A stretch of DNA of 64,000 nt from an uncultured Planctomycetota bacterium (GCA_963823665.1 CAWGMQ010000007.1:1053273-1117272); one strand, 5' to 3'; shown: positions 1-10,989, numbered from the stretch's first letter. Notes: generated by a model not told the origin, from the sequence alone. Made by a program: numbers and translations.

Positions 1-1682
1 TGGTTACCAAGATGGATGCGGATAATGTCGACTACCGCAGCGACCTGGCGGCGATTCGTGAGACATTCGGCACGCTCTGCGTCCCCTTCAACGTCCCTGT
101 GGGCCAGGGTGCAACGTTCGCCGGCGTGATCGACGTGATCCAGTCCCATGATGAAGACCCCGCCCTCTGCCCCGTGGCCCCCTCCGAAGCCTATCGAATG
201 GTCGTCGAGCAGATCGTCGAGCTCGACGAAGATCTGATGATGCGCTACCTCGAAGGCGAATCCGTCTCCCCCGACGAGCTGCGCAAGGCGGCGCACGACG
301 CGATCGCGCAGGGCAAGCTCGTGCCCGTCCTGTGCGTCTGCACTCGCAAGGACCTGGGTCTCAAGGAGCTCCTCGACTTGATCACCACCTGCGGTCTCTC
401 GCCGGCCGACATCCACCGCTTCGGCACGCGCGGCGAAGCGTCCGATGGCCCCGAGGAAGAAATCCTCCCGGCAGAGCAGGGCACCTTGGTCGCGCAGGTG
501 TTCAAGACGGTCAACGATCAATTCATGGGCAAGTTGAGCTATTTGAGAATCCTGAGCGGCCGGCTGGCCAACGACACGACCATCGTCAACCTCCGCAGCG
601 GCAAGACCACCAAGACAGGCCACATCTACGTGATGCAGGGAAAGCAGCAGGAAGAGGTCACCGAAGCCATCGCCGGCGACATCGTCGCCATCGCCAAGTT
701 CGACGATCTCCACGTCTCGGATACGATCAGCAACGTCGGCGGCAACACCGTCGTTTCCCAGCTTCGCGTCAAGCCCATCAAGTTTCCGATTCCCATGGTG
801 CCCCGGGCCGTGCAACCCAAGGCTCGCGACGACGAAGCGAAGATCTCCGCCGGCCTGGCCAAGATCGCCGACGAAGACCCGACGTTTTCGATTCGTCGCG
901 ACGCGCAGACTCACGAGCTGGTCATCTCCGGCATGAGCGACTTGCATCTGGACGTGATCCAGCAGCGCCTGAAGCACCGCCACAAGCTCGAGATGAACAC
1001 GCACGTCCCGCAGGTCGCCTATCTCGAGACGATCATTGGCGAGGCGGAAGCAAACCATCGGCACAAGAAACAGACCGGCGGTCGCGGTCAGTTCGGCGAG
1101 GTTCACCTCCGCGTTCGACCCCGCGAGCGCGGCAAGGGCTTCAGCTTCGTCGACGCCGTCAAGGGCGGAACGATTCCCAATCAATATATCCCCGCCTGCG
1201 AAAAGGGTGTCCGCGAACAGATGGAGAAGGGTGTCATCTCGGGCAACCAGGTCGTCGATACCGAAGTCGAGGTGTATTTCGGCAAAGACCATCCCGTCGA
1301 TAGCTCGGAGCAAGCTTTCAAAACGGCCGCGGCCACCGCGTTCCGCAAAGCCTTCGAGCAAGCCAGGCCCGCTCTCCTGGAGCCGATCGTCACGATCGAG
1401 ATCTCGGTTCCAGCCGAGAAATTCGGCGACATTTCCGGCGACCTTTCCACCCGCCGCGGTCACATCACCGGAATGGACACGCTGGCGGGCAACCAGCAAG
1501 TGATCCGCGCCGAGGTCCCGCTCGCCGAAGTGCTGACGTACGCCTCTCAGCTAAAAAGCATGACCGGCGGCCAGGGCTCCTTCACGATGGATTTCAAGTC
1601 CTTCGACCCCGTTCCACCCAACGTCCAGCAACAGATCGTCGAGAGGTACAAGAAGAGCCGAGCGGGAATCGAAGAAGAATAG
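1..1682 (+). CDS. fusA: Elongation factor G (EF-G/EF-G2), 5'-truncated by window edge
   Basis: Opens with the G4-like motif VTKMD; contains ISGMSDLHLDV, HKKQTGGRGQFGEV, HPVDSSEQAF and LKSMTGGQGSFTMDF, typical of EF-G domains III-V. Confidence 0.93.
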   Translation, partial: VTKMDADNVDYRSDLAAIRETFGTLCVPFNVPVGQGATFAGVIDVIQSHDEDPALCPVAPSEAYRMVVEQIVELDEDLMMRYLEGESVSPDELRKAAHDAIAQGKLVPVLCVCTRKDLGLKELLDLITTCGLSPADIHRFGTRGEASDGPEEEILPAEQGTLVAQVFKTVNDQFMGKLSYLRILSGRLANDTTIVNLRSGKTTKTGHIYVMQGKQQEEVTEAIAGDIVAIAKFDDLHVSDTISNVGGNTVVSQLRVKPIKFPIPMVPRAVQPKARDDEAKISAGLAKIADEDPTFSIRRDAQTHELVISGMSDLHLDVIQQRLKHRHKLEMNTHVPQVAYLETIIGEAEANHRHKKQTGGRGQFGEVHLRVRPRERGKGFSFVDAVKGGTIPNQYIPACEKGVREQMEKGVISGNQVVDTEVEVYFGKDHPVDSSEQAFKTAAATAFRKAFEQARPALLEPIVTIEISVPAEKFGDISGDLSTRRGHITGMDTLAGNQQVIRAEVPLAEVLTYASQLKSMTGGQGSFTMDFKSFDPVPPNVQQQIVERYKKSRAGIEEE

Positions 1683-1705
1683 ACCGGTCAGACGCTGCGG
1701 CCATC

Positions 1706-1775
1706 CTTCCCCCCCTTGCAAAGGGGGGCCAGGGGGGGTGAATGGCGACACCCGCCAGTGATCCGATCGACGCGC
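1706..1775. repeat. REP-like dispersed repeat (CCCCCCTT-n-AAGGGGGG-CCAGGGGGGG family)
   Basis: Near-identical hairpin at 51457-51492; the tail CACCCGCCARTGATCCGATCGACGCGC recurs at about 62950-62976. Confidence 0.7.
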
Positions 1776-1945
1776 CGCATGCAAACGGTCGTGCGCCGAA
1801 AAGGTCACACACGCTCCAGACATCCTCTCAACAAAGCCGCTAGAGAAAGAAACACGAACCACTTCGAGAGCAGGATAATCGCCGTTCCGGGCCAAGACCA
1901 AAACTCGGGCGGGCGAATGCCGTCCTCCCTCCAGCGCCCACGAGT

Positions 1946-4900
1946 TCGTTTTGCATATTTGACGCGCGTCCTTTCCCTGTAAGGATTAAGGGAACTAACC
2001 CGGCATCCCTCCCGACCGTGTGGGGGAGGTGCCTCCGCAGGTTGAATTGGCATTCGTGCCGCCTAGTGGGAGAGGTGCCGCCGCAGGCAGCGGCGGGGGT
2101 CGCGCAGGCAAGACCGCAAAGCCCAATTTCCGGCCGCGTCGGTTTTCCGTATCCCCCTCGGATACAAGGTCACGTAGCGGCCTGCACTCTGTGGTCACCC
2201 GCACGACACACGCGTCGCACCTTCCAAATAAGTAAAAGTGAATGGGACGAAATGGGACGAAATGGGACTGTTGACCCCAACGAAAGACTCATTTTGATTG
2301 CGGTTTCCAACCCCGTGTCACGGCTGGTCATCACGCCTTCGAGCACCAAGGAAATGCCCAGGAATAAGCCAAAAGACGGCATCCGGCTCGGGCGAGGCTC
2401 ACCCGGTCCTCCGGGTGGAAAATCACCCTCACCGCGGGCGAAGACCGTCCCACGCTCGACGAGGCCAAAAAGTCGAAGGAGTTTCGCCACGCGCAATTCA
2501 CTCGCGTTCCCGCAGCAAACGGCTACCCGGTCGCCCTTTGTCCCGCATGTTGAGAGTTGCTCGACCGCACCACTCGAACTTGTTCGGCGCGGGTCTCCGA
2601 CCCCGCCGGGATTGTGACCGCGGGTCTCCGACTTCTTCGCCCGCCGACATCGCGGTCTTGTTTGGCGCGGGTGTCCGATCCCGGCAGGATTGTGGGCCTG
2701 ATTCAAAGTCGGGTAACACTCCTGGGCACCCTGGGTGTCCAACGGGCCTGGCGGTATCCCTGCTTGCGAGCCGCGCGGCGAAAATAGATGCCAGAACCTC
2801 GCCCGCGAGCGCCCGGCCATGGCCTAAAATCGCCACCGCTCAGCCGGCGAAGCGCTCCACCCCCCGACGCCGCGTCAGCCGCGCTTCGCAAGTGCACATG
2901 TGAAAACGGCTTCGGTCGATCCAACAGCTTCTTTCCCCCTGGATCAAAATGATATCTTTTGATAGCAAAAACCAGGGCTTCTTCCGCTCCGCCCGCTCCG
3001 AGTCCTGATTTCCCTCCTCCGCCCTCCGTCCTGATTCCCGGGGCCGTGCAGGCGAATGGCTCCGCAGCCCAACGGTGTTCTCCTCTTCTCGCCGAAGCCG
3101 CCGGTGGAGGGAGGGCGCCTGCATAGTCAAGGGATCGAATGACGCTCATCGGGAATGACGCTCAGAAGAAGACAACTCGCGATGTGGTAATGGATCGGAT
3201 GAAATGAAATTCGAGCCCCGGACCAACTAGCATGGTTGCTTGCCCAAGGTTACGTTCCGCGTCGCGACGCCCAGTCATCCGCGACGACTGTATCCCTTCC
3301 CCCCAGCCAGCGTGGGGCGGGTGCCGGCGCAGCCGGCGGCGGGGGGCGTGCAGGCGAACGACAGCAAAGCCCTGACAGCGACGCCTTACCGGCCACCCGC
3401 ACTGATCACGGACCCTCCCCTACTAATTATTATGTGCGGGTCTTCGAAATTGGCCATTTCTCAATCGCATTTTCGATTTGTGTGAAAAGCGCAAGTGCAA
3501 TAACGATGGGTAATTAACTGCTGAGAAATCTCATCCTGATGTGCCGGTTCAATACGCTTTGAAAAGTGCAATCGGTTAGAGCATGACGACCGGCGGGTTG
3601 CACCCAACCTCAGTGCGTGAGCCGTCGACTTTGCGACATCGTGTGACGCCTCACCCGCACTGCCTAGAGATGCTCGGCTACACGCTCTTTGCCCGCGGTT
3701 GATATAGCCGTCCCGTGACGAGCCAACGAGAACCTTGCCCGCCAAGGCACGTCGATGGTTCGTACTGTTACCCGAAAAGGCCCCTTTTTGAACCACGCCA
3801 AAACAGTCCCATTCTTATTGCCGTTGGCAGCCCCGCGCAATGGCAGGCCGACCCGCCCCGAGCCAGCACGGAAATGCTGAGAAACAAAGAGGATAACGCC
3901 ACCAAGCGCGCACCACGATCCCCCGGCCCACCGGGTAAGAACCCGCCCTCACCATGGACCACACCTGTCTCGCGCTCGCCACAGCACAAAACTCGACGGC
4001 TTTTCGCCGCGTACCGTTCCCCCCATTGAAATCGCAGACCAGCCCCTTCCTTCCCGCGGCAAAGGGATGGTCAAGCCGGCCTGAGGTCCTCGAGCACGCG
4101 CTCGAGCAGACGAAGCAGTCATTCCCGGTTCCAGAGAGGTGGGTGCCCATCGCGCCGACTCCAGTGTCGGCGATCGAGATCGAGCTACAGATAATATGCG
4201 ACGGGTTTTCCGGATTTGGCCATTTCGTCGACCAGAATACCTGGGATTTTTTTCGCGTCGCAACGGATGCAACGATCAACTCGATCGAGTCCCCAGGTTT
4301 CGCGCGCCGCGGCCATAAAACGGGGAGAAAACACCTGCCGCGATTCGCGGAACGACATCCCCACGCATTCCTCCCTCCGGCGTGGGGTAGGTGCCGCCGC
4401 AGGCGGCGGAGGGGGCTCGCGCAGACGAAAGGTGTACTCGTACTCATAGTCCTACTCGTGCTCGTACTCGTACCCTTGCTCTCACTCCGAGTCGTACCCG
4501 TACTCTTACTCCCGCCCTCCGCGTTCCACCCTCCACCCTCACGCGCCATCTCGTTTTGTAAATTCGTCGCGCGTCCTTACCCCACAAGGGTTAAGGGAAC
4601 GCACTGGCTCGGTCGAGATGGCGAGCCATGGCCAAAATTCGAAGCCGAAACCTCGCCCCCACGGGCCACGTCGCTTTGGTCGAAAATCGCTACGGAGCGC
4701 CTCACGCCAGAACTGCGACCGGCCGCCCTCCGCAAGTGCACATGCGAAAACGGCTTCGGTCGATTCGTGAGCCTCCTACCCCCCGAGAAAAAATGATAAG
4801 AATTGATTAAAAAAATGGAAATTCCTCGCCCTCCTCGTTCAGAGTCGAGCGGGCAAACCCCGCGCTCACCAGATGAGACGGCAAAGCTGCCAATCGCCAC

Positions 4901-5130
4901 GTAGACATCCCGCCGAGCGGTGAGCTTTCGGTTTCGGAGCGAATCACTTTTGCCCGTGTCACAATCTGGCACTGGATGTCACTCTGTGCGTGAAGTTTAC
5001 CGCTGTTCTCAGGATGAGTGGAGATCGATGAAGACGTAGGAAAGCAGAGGGAGCTACCGCGCCAGCATCGCGCGCTCGCCGACCCTCCTCTTATTTAGAA
5101 TATGGGCCCGGTTTCGGCGTTCGGCAATAA
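1946..5130. repeat. Non-coding mosaic of diverged repeated modules
   Basis: 1946-1995 vs 4551-4600 (41/50 identical); about 2270-2510 vs 3785-4015; 2887-2920 vs 4731-4764 (33/34); 3421-3460 vs 4186-4226 vs 5091-5130; AATGGGAC x3 at 2241-2270; GTACTC-like hexamer run at 4434-4510. Confidence 0.75.
4371..4415. repeat. REP-like double hairpin (GGGGAGGTGCCGCCGCAGGCGGCGGAGGGG family)
   Basis: Related copies at about 2020-2100, 3295-3348 and 45748-45790. Confidence 0.7.
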
Positions 5131-5446
5131 AAGCCTCCAAAAAAACTGCAATCGCGCAATCGAGACGGCTGCAACGTCACGAGATACGGCTTTGCGCGAT
5201 TCTCTTGTTAATTGTGAACACGCGGTCGAATCAAAACGGCACTTGAGGTCGCCCGAATGGGCGTCGACGGCATGCTGAAAAACAAGAAGATCGCCTCAGA
5301 GAACCTGAATCCGCTCATCTCCGCTACCGGACCTGACCCCCGTTCGACATGGCGTAAAGATTCGCGTCAACGGTAAGCTGTCACAAGTGGGGGGCAGAGC
5401 TCGGCAGCCGCTGATTCGCATCGAATCCTCGATTCGGAGATGGCTC

Positions 5447-5857
5447 ATGAGTCATCGGAATTGGCCGCCTTCCTACGGGCAACGAACGCTGTCGATCCTG
5501 ATGGTGATCCTCGCTGCCACGGGGTATCGACGATGGCTATCCCGCCCCTGGCAATGGTCGCTGAGAGACTACATGGTCATCGTTGCCGTCTGCTCGGCTG
5601 GACTGCTGGTGTCGCGCTCCCCGATGCCCATGATCGTCTTCTTCACGGCGCTCGCCGGGGCCGTTCTCGCCTGCCTGAGCCTGGCCAGGTACGGCTTCAA
5701 ACTTGCCGATATCACAATGCTCTTGGCGATCATCCTGCTCACTGCCGCGTTCATACTTCCGGCAATGGAGCGGACGAGAAACCGCACGCTCGGAAAGAGC
5801 TATTTCCCATTTGCAGTTCCCGCTCGGTACATCACCCTGTTCTCTGGCTCAGAATGA
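5447..5857 (+). CDS. Hypothetical multi-pass membrane protein
   Basis: About four hydrophobic segments; WQWSLRDYMVIVAV motif; GGAG upstream of ATG. Confidence 0.65.
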   Translation: MSHRNWPPSYGQRTLSILMVILAATGYRRWLSRPWQWSLRDYMVIVAVCSAGLLVSRSPMPMIVFFTALAGAVLACLSLARYGFKLADITMLLAIILLTAAFILPAMERTRNRTLGKSYFPFAVPARYITLFSGSE

Positions 5858-6045
5858 TGCACGAGGCCTCGACTATGTCGCATCTCCGAGTGCGGTTTAC
5901 GGTGCGGCGGTTGATGCTTGTGATTCTCATCGTCGCAGTCCTGCTGACCGCGTTCGACGCGGGCCGACGGTGGGAACGGGCTAAGAGAGCAGCCCCGCGC
6001 CATGCGGTTTACCACGCGGTCAAGGGCTCATTAGAGTTCCGATAG
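5854..6045 (+). CDS. Small membrane protein with planctomycete-type RFTVRRLM N-terminal motif
   Basis: ATGA overlap with upstream stop; RVRFTVRRLMLVILIVAVLL followed by a basic tail. Confidence 0.55.
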   Translation: MMHEASTMSHLRVRFTVRRLMLVILIVAVLLTAFDAGRRWERAKRAAPRHAVYHAVKGSLEFR

Positions 6046-6083
6046 CAACTCAGGCTCGTTAAGCAAGGATATGAAGGGCTAAT

Positions 6084-6123
6084 CGGCATCTCGCGAATTC
6101 GGAGTGCCAGGCTCCGGCCGAGC
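6084..6123. repeat. Dispersed REP-like repeat
   Basis: CGGCATCTCGCGAATTCGG(G)AGTGC..GGCTCC.GCCGAGC recurs at 8711-8752. Confidence 0.6.
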
Positions 6124-6310
6124 TGGGCTGCTGGCAAATTCGGATTTGTGGGACCCATGGGTGGGTAAGCACTCTGGGCACCCGCCTAGCGCTTCCTTAG
6201 AGGATTTGTCGTTGGCATCGTTTCTGGGATAGAATCACGAGAGTGGTCCAGGGTTGTCTTCAGCAAGGTAGCGATCCACACTTTCCTTTCCAACGGGCGC
6301 GGAGGCGGGC

Positions 6311-6649
6311 GTGGATAGTCCGGACAACCCGTCCGCAGTTCACCGCGTCTTCGAGGAGGGGAAACCGAAGTTTCAACTGAGAAAGGGAGAGGACGGTCTT
6401 TCCGTCTTTGATGCAGACCAGATGCTCGTGCAGGAACTTCTGCCCAACTTCCGACCAGGAAGTCGTCTGATCACCCAGCGAACCCAGGTTATCGAAGACT
6501 TTGGTCTCAAGCTTGAAAAAACTCCCGGCGATCCGAGATTACCCCAGAGGTTGCAACAGCATCATTTGGAGATCCACCCTGGCGACACGATGACCCGCAA
6601 TCAGTTCAAAGCAGCTCTGAAACTGCTCGAGTACGCCGTTAAGGAGTGA
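6311..6649 (+). CDS. Putative Tse2-like ADP-ribosyltransferase-fold toxin
   Basis: GGAGG RBS and GTG start; HR12, GLS31VFD and RLQQHH85LEIHPGDTM match the Tse2 pattern YR / GTSVFD / RLQATHYTIMPAKPM. Confidence 0.6.
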   Translation: MDSPDNPSAVHRVFEEGKPKFQLRKGEDGLSVFDADQMLVQELLPNFRPGSRLITQRTQVIEDFGLKLEKTPGDPRLPQRLQQHHLEIHPGDTMTRNQFKAALKLLEYAVKE

Positions 6650-6654
6650 TCGAG

Positions 6655-6945
6655 ATGCCTGGCACAACGCTCGACAACTTGCAATCCGAGTTGCAACAGA
6701 AAGGCCTCTCCGTTTCCTTGCGAGGTGGCGGCCGTGCCTCCTTCTTGTTCATCGAACACCAGGGGAAAGCGGTCGAGATTTCCGACCACGACGGGCGTTG
6801 GTGGGTCGAGTTTTGGGATGTCAGCGACGACGAGGACGCTGCACCGGCGAAGGATCGCTTCTTCGCTACGGCCAAGCAGGCGGTCGATGCGGCGACCTGC
6901 TGGCTGTTACATTCAGACGGCGCGGGGTGTCGCGACGGCGTTTAA
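6655..6945 (+). CDS. Hypothetical protein, putative immunity/antitoxin of the upstream toxin
   Basis: AAGGAG RBS lies inside the toxin 3' end; acidic 96-aa protein; paralogue at 11243-11533. Confidence 0.6.
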   Translation: MPGTTLDNLQSELQQKGLSVSLRGGGRASFLFIEHQGKAVEISDHDGRWWVEFWDVSDDEDAAPAKDRFFATAKQAVDAATCWLLHSDGAGCRDGV

Positions 6946-7022
6946 GCGGAGAAAAGGTCTCAGCCGCCGTGTCCCGTGCCAAGCCCCCTTGAGGGCGTCA
7001 TCGTAAAGCTCGGGGCGTGAGC

Positions 7023-8587
7023 CTTTGTCCTTACCATCATCTTCATCATACCGATGAAGATACGTCGATGATAGCCTCGGCGCCCCGGATCATGATCTGC
7101 AGCTTGTCCCAACCCCGCCAGATCGTCATCCAACCTGGCTCCCCATCGTGGCGGCGGCCCAGGAACCCTCCCAGCTTGGCCAACTCCCGAAAAAATCCTC
7201 CCGCAGTTAATATTGTCGTGGGCGTCAATCTGCGCACCACCTTCAGCATCATCACGTATTTGGGCGGTACCACCTCGGTCGCAGGCTGCTCGGGAGCTGT
7301 CCGCGCCATTCCCTTCAACTGGAACAACCGCAGTGCTTCCACAGACATCAATCCCATCATGGCTTCGAGACGATCGCACGTCTTGAGCTGGCGACGTTCT
7401 ACCTGAAAGCCTGTTTTCAGGACCTTGTGCCACTCCTCGATTAGCCACCTCTTCCCGTAGTACCCCACGATCGCCATAGCATCTTCAAAATCCTCCACCA
7501 GCAAAGAAGTGTAAAGCACCCACTCGATCGCCTCCACTCCGTCGGGAGCATCTACCTCGCGCACCCAGACGACCCACATGGGGATCGCCGCGGGCTTGAC
7601 CTGCTTCAGAAATGGGCTTTTGAGTTTCGGCGTCGGCATCCGTAAGGCCCCGATGGCGACCACCAGCTTGGCCGTCCGAGCCGGTGCTTTGGGGCGAGCC
7701 CGCAGATTGAGCGTGTAACATCCAGCCCGCGGCAGGGTCCCTAAGTAGGCTTTCAGCGGCGTTTCCCCGCTCTCCGGCGTGATAATGATCCGGATCAGGC
7801 TCTTGGCTCGCGCCACCCATTCGGTTTCTGTCTGCTGGCAGTGATAGAAAAACTCAAAGTCGTCGGCGCCACGATCAACTACGTGAATCCAGGAGGTTCC
7901 CGACGGCGGGGATCCCATTTGGATGACAAGATCACCCCAGATCTGTGATTCGCGATCGTCACGCTGCAACCGTTCGGTCCGCGTCTCCCCCTTACGAACG
8001 CGCTGACGATGATAGATCAGTTGTCCGGCCAAGCCGTGAACCCGGTCGTCTTCGGGGGAAACCATCAAACCCGAGTGAAGGTGAAAGCCTTGTCCGATAC
8101 CCGAACCAACCGGCGAAAGACCTGTGACCTGTCGGCACGGCCCGTAATCGATTTCGGTCGTGTCTGCGATGATCAATTGACGCTCACCTGCTGTCTTCTT
8201 GGTAAGCTCCCAATGGTGACTGGCGATCGCTTGAAAGGTGACGTCCCCACAATCGAAGAAATTGTATGCGGCCCTCAGATCATTCCAGGATTCGGTTTGC
8301 TGAGGAAAACTCCCGGACGGATCTGCGGCGATCTGCGTTGCCAACAGAACGAGTCGTTTGGTACGGCGTTCGTCATGAAGATCAGTGGTGGCGAATTGGG
8401 TCATGGCCCAAGTCTGCGCATCTGAAAGAAAGGTGTCCATCCGAGGCTCCGGCGGTTGAAACGCGATCCCTCCCCCCCACCTCAGCGTGTGGCTTGGCTT
8501 GATATTACCAGGTGCGAAGCGAGAAAAGCCGGGAAAAGGCCGGGGAAGCGCACCTATGACCACCAGAAAATGATGGTAAGGACAAAG
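7023..8587 (-). mobile_element. IS4-family (IS50/Tn5 group) insertion sequence, copy 1, 1565 bp
   Basis: Terminal IRs CTTTGTCCTTACCATCAT / ATGATGGTAAGGACAAAG; 8-bp direct repeat GCGTGAGC at 7015-7022 and 8588-8595. Confidence 0.92.
7046..8440 (-). CDS. IS4-family DDE transposase
   Basis: Tn5-like N-terminus WA..F...DERRTKRLV; IADTTE, VVDRGAD and YREK-type YGKRWLIEEWHKVLKTG motifs. Confidence 0.93.
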   Translation of the reverse strand: MDTFLSDAQTWAMTQFATTDLHDERRTKRLVLLATQIAADPSGSFPQQTESWNDLRAAYNFFDCGDVTFQAIASHHWELTKKTAGERQLIIADTTEIDYGPCRQVTGLSPVGSGIGQGFHLHSGLMVSPEDDRVHGLAGQLIYHRQRVRKGETRTERLQRDDRESQIWGDLVIQMGSPPSGTSWIHVVDRGADDFEFFYHCQQTETEWVARAKSLIRIIITPESGETPLKAYLGTLPRAGCYTLNLRARPKAPARTAKLVVAIGALRMPTPKLKSPFLKQVKPAAIPMWVVWVREVDAPDGVEAIEWVLYTSLLVEDFEDAMAIVGYYGKRWLIEEWHKVLKTGFQVERRQLKTCDRLEAMMGLMSVEALRLFQLKGMARTAPEQPATEVVPPKYVMMLKVVRRLTPTTILTAGGFFRELAKLGGFLGRRHDGEPGWMTIWRGWDKLQIMIRGAEAIIDVSSSV

Positions 8588-9038
8588 GCGTGAGCCCCGA
8601 GATTGACGGGATAAGCCTTTCCCTCTTCTCCCCTTCTGCCAAGCCCCCTACGGGGGCGACATCCTCTGGCGCCACTCAATCATTCCTTCCACAGCATGCC
8701 AAGGGCAAAACGGCATCTCGCGAATTCGGGAGTGCGAGGGCTCCCGCCGAGCCGCCCACGCGAGAACACTTGGCATGAGCAAGCGAACTTGGATCCGGGA
8801 GTGCGAAGCTGTCCCGGTGAAAAGTTGGTGTTGGCCGGTCAATGCGGTTATTCCGGTGCCAGTTTCGAACCAAAAGTACTTGGCCTCGGGATAAAACGGA
8901 CAAAAACCAACGCTCGCTTGCGAGCGTTGGTTTAGGTGTGAAATTCCGGCGTACGGAGCCGCACTCCCTATCTGATGAGCTTCACGATGCAGGCGGCGCG
9001 GCGCACCCCCGGCGTAAGAACACCGGGGGTGCAGGGTG

Positions 9039-10286
9039 TCAGCGAGACTCGAGCTGGCGGAGCCGAGACGGAGCGACGGTCGCCGAGGAGAGATCGCCGA
9101 AGATGACTCGGTAATCTCCATCGTCGAGCTGCCAGCGCACGAGAACCTTTGCGGCGTCCTTGGATGTGACGAGCTTGCCGTTGTAGACCCCATCGGCGAA
9201 GTCTCGCTGGATGACGTTGATCCAGGAGAGGCAGTAGGACCCGTAGGCGAATTCACCTTTCTTGGTTTTGCGCAACTTGAGGTCCTCGCTCTTGGCCCAG
9301 CCGAGCGCGTCGCGCGGCATGCCCATGAGCTTGCGGAGGGCTTCGCCCTGCTCGTCCCCGTAAACGTACTTTACGGCTGGGTACTTGCCGTTGTTGTACT
9401 TGGCGAAGATGGACAGGCCGTCCTTGACGTACTGGGTGATCTCATCGGCCTTGACGTCGGTGATCGGCATCTTCGCGTAACCGGTGGGCGCGGCAGTGTC
9501 GAAGAGAGAAGGATCCTGAGGGCCCCAGCGGAAGTCCTCGAACCGCAAGACGGCGGAGCCGCTGGGGTCCATGCCGACGAGGTCGACGCGGACGGGAAGG
9601 GCCGTAGCTCGGTCAATCCAGACCCGTACCTTTGCATTCGCGTGGGTGTCGTCGCCGACGACGGTGGGCCAGGGGACGGTGAAGCCTACGGCTTTCACTC
9701 CACGGATCTCCTTCGATCCGGGGATCGGCTCGGCCTTGCCGCGGTACTCGCCGAGGCCGCCGAAGAGGCCGAAGGAGAACTCCCGCGCGGCCGACTTCGG
9801 GATGATCGTGAATTGCTTCACTTTGTGCTCGAGGCTGAGTCCGTCCTGACCGGGCCGGTAGATGAGACTCGAATCTGGGGTCCCATTCTGGATGTGGTCG
9901 ACGCGCTCCGCGCCGGACGGGATCCAGGAAACATGGGCGATGAGTTCGGCGTTCTCGGTGTCGTTGTAGCCCGGCGTAACCATGACCATGTCGCACCGGA
10001 ACCCTTTGGCCCGGGAAATGGCCCCGGCGACTTGGGCAAACACGTTCGTCGGTCGGTTCAGTTGCCATGCGATGGTCGTGGCAACGAGTAGGGTCGCGGC
10101 GATCGCGGCCCTGGAGGCGTAGCGTCTCATCGTTTCGATCCTCGACTTGCGGATTGGTCGGAAGGGCGGCGGGACATCCGCCGCCAATGCCGCAAGGAGC
10201 CGCGTCCGGGCGGCTCCGTCCGCTCGCGAGAAGGTCGCGTGGGCAGACTCGAGGCGATCGACCTGTTCGTCACTGAGGTAGTTCAT
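9039..10286 (-). CDS. Putative anti-sigma factor (one TM helix plus LolA-like extracytoplasmic domain)
   Basis: Coupled to the ECF sigma stop; TM segment AAIAATLLVATTIAW followed by VFAQVAGAI; VRVWIDRATALPVRVD and FDTAAPTGY resemble LolA-like domains. Confidence 0.65.
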   Translation of the reverse strand: MNYLSDEQVDRLESAHATFSRADGAARTRLLAALAADVPPPFRPIRKSRIETMRRYASRAAIAATLLVATTIAWQLNRPTNVFAQVAGAISRAKGFRCDMVMVTPGYNDTENAELIAHVSWIPSGAERVDHIQNGTPDSSLIYRPGQDGLSLEHKVKQFTIIPKSAAREFSFGLFGGLGEYRGKAEPIPGSKEIRGVKAVGFTVPWPTVVGDDTHANAKVRVWIDRATALPVRVDLVGMDPSGSAVLRFEDFRWGPQDPSLFDTAAPTGYAKMPITDVKADEITQYVKDGLSIFAKYNNGKYPAVKYVYGDEQGEALRKLMGMPRDALGWAKSEDLKLRKTKKGEFAYGSYCLSWINVIQRDFADGVYNGKLVTSKDAAKVLVRWQLDDGDYRVIFGDLSSATVAPSRLRQLESR

Positions 10287-10807
10287 CGGCTCACCCCACA
10301 TTCCTCGAGCCATCGTGCGAGCCTGACTTTGCGCGGTGCAGGACGGCATATGTACCGGAACGTGAACGATTGAGGAGCCTTGCGGTCTCCTCGATACTGC
10401 GCTCGTTGAGAAAAAAGAATCGGACGGCGAGGCGTTCCTCCTCGGGGAGCCTGGCGACGACGCGGAGGAGCTCCTCGGCGTCGTCGCTGGCATCTGTCTC
10501 GGCTGAGGCCGGCGCCGCTGTCAGTTCGGGCAAAGGGTGGAATTGACGAGCTCGCCGGCGCTCAAGGACGACGAGTCGCGCAATGCCGACGAGCCAGGAT
10601 GCGAAGCGCGGGGTCGCGCAGGCTCTTCAGCGTGCGATAAGCCCGGAGAAACGTATCATGCGTAACGTCATCGGCCGCGTCAGGCCCGGCATCAGCAGCG
10701 ACCGCACGGACCAGGCGGACAGTCCGGTCGTAGAGCGAGCCGAAGGCCGCGATGTCGCCGGCGATCGCGCGTCGCACCAAGTCATTGTCGGTCGGTTGGT
10801 CGCTCAT
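10283..10807 (-). CDS. ECF RNA polymerase sigma-70 factor, split by frameshifts
   Basis: DNDLVRRAIAGDIAAFGSLYDR, DTFLRAYRTL (region 2) and LPEEERLAVRFFFLNERSIEETARLL (region 4) in different frames. Confidence 0.8.
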
Positions 10808-10989
10808 GACAGTCACTAGTGACCGGATCGCAGTCGACGTCCAAGAAAAATCCGGCTTCTCGGGGGAATCGAGTGGCGGGATTGCGCCGTAAACCCTTCA
10901 GGCAAATTGGAGTTACGTTGACGATTCCAGGCCCGGAGGTCAATATTGAGCGGACGGTTACCCGCGGGCAACGCTGGCTGTCTCAGAAG

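Noticed and set aside
2018..4972. ORFs of 100-280 aa in the post-fusA region, including similar peptides from 2018-2617 and 3715-4029
   Set aside because: Pro/Arg/Ser-rich with no RBS or family motifs; the peptide similarity is explained by the underlying DNA repeat
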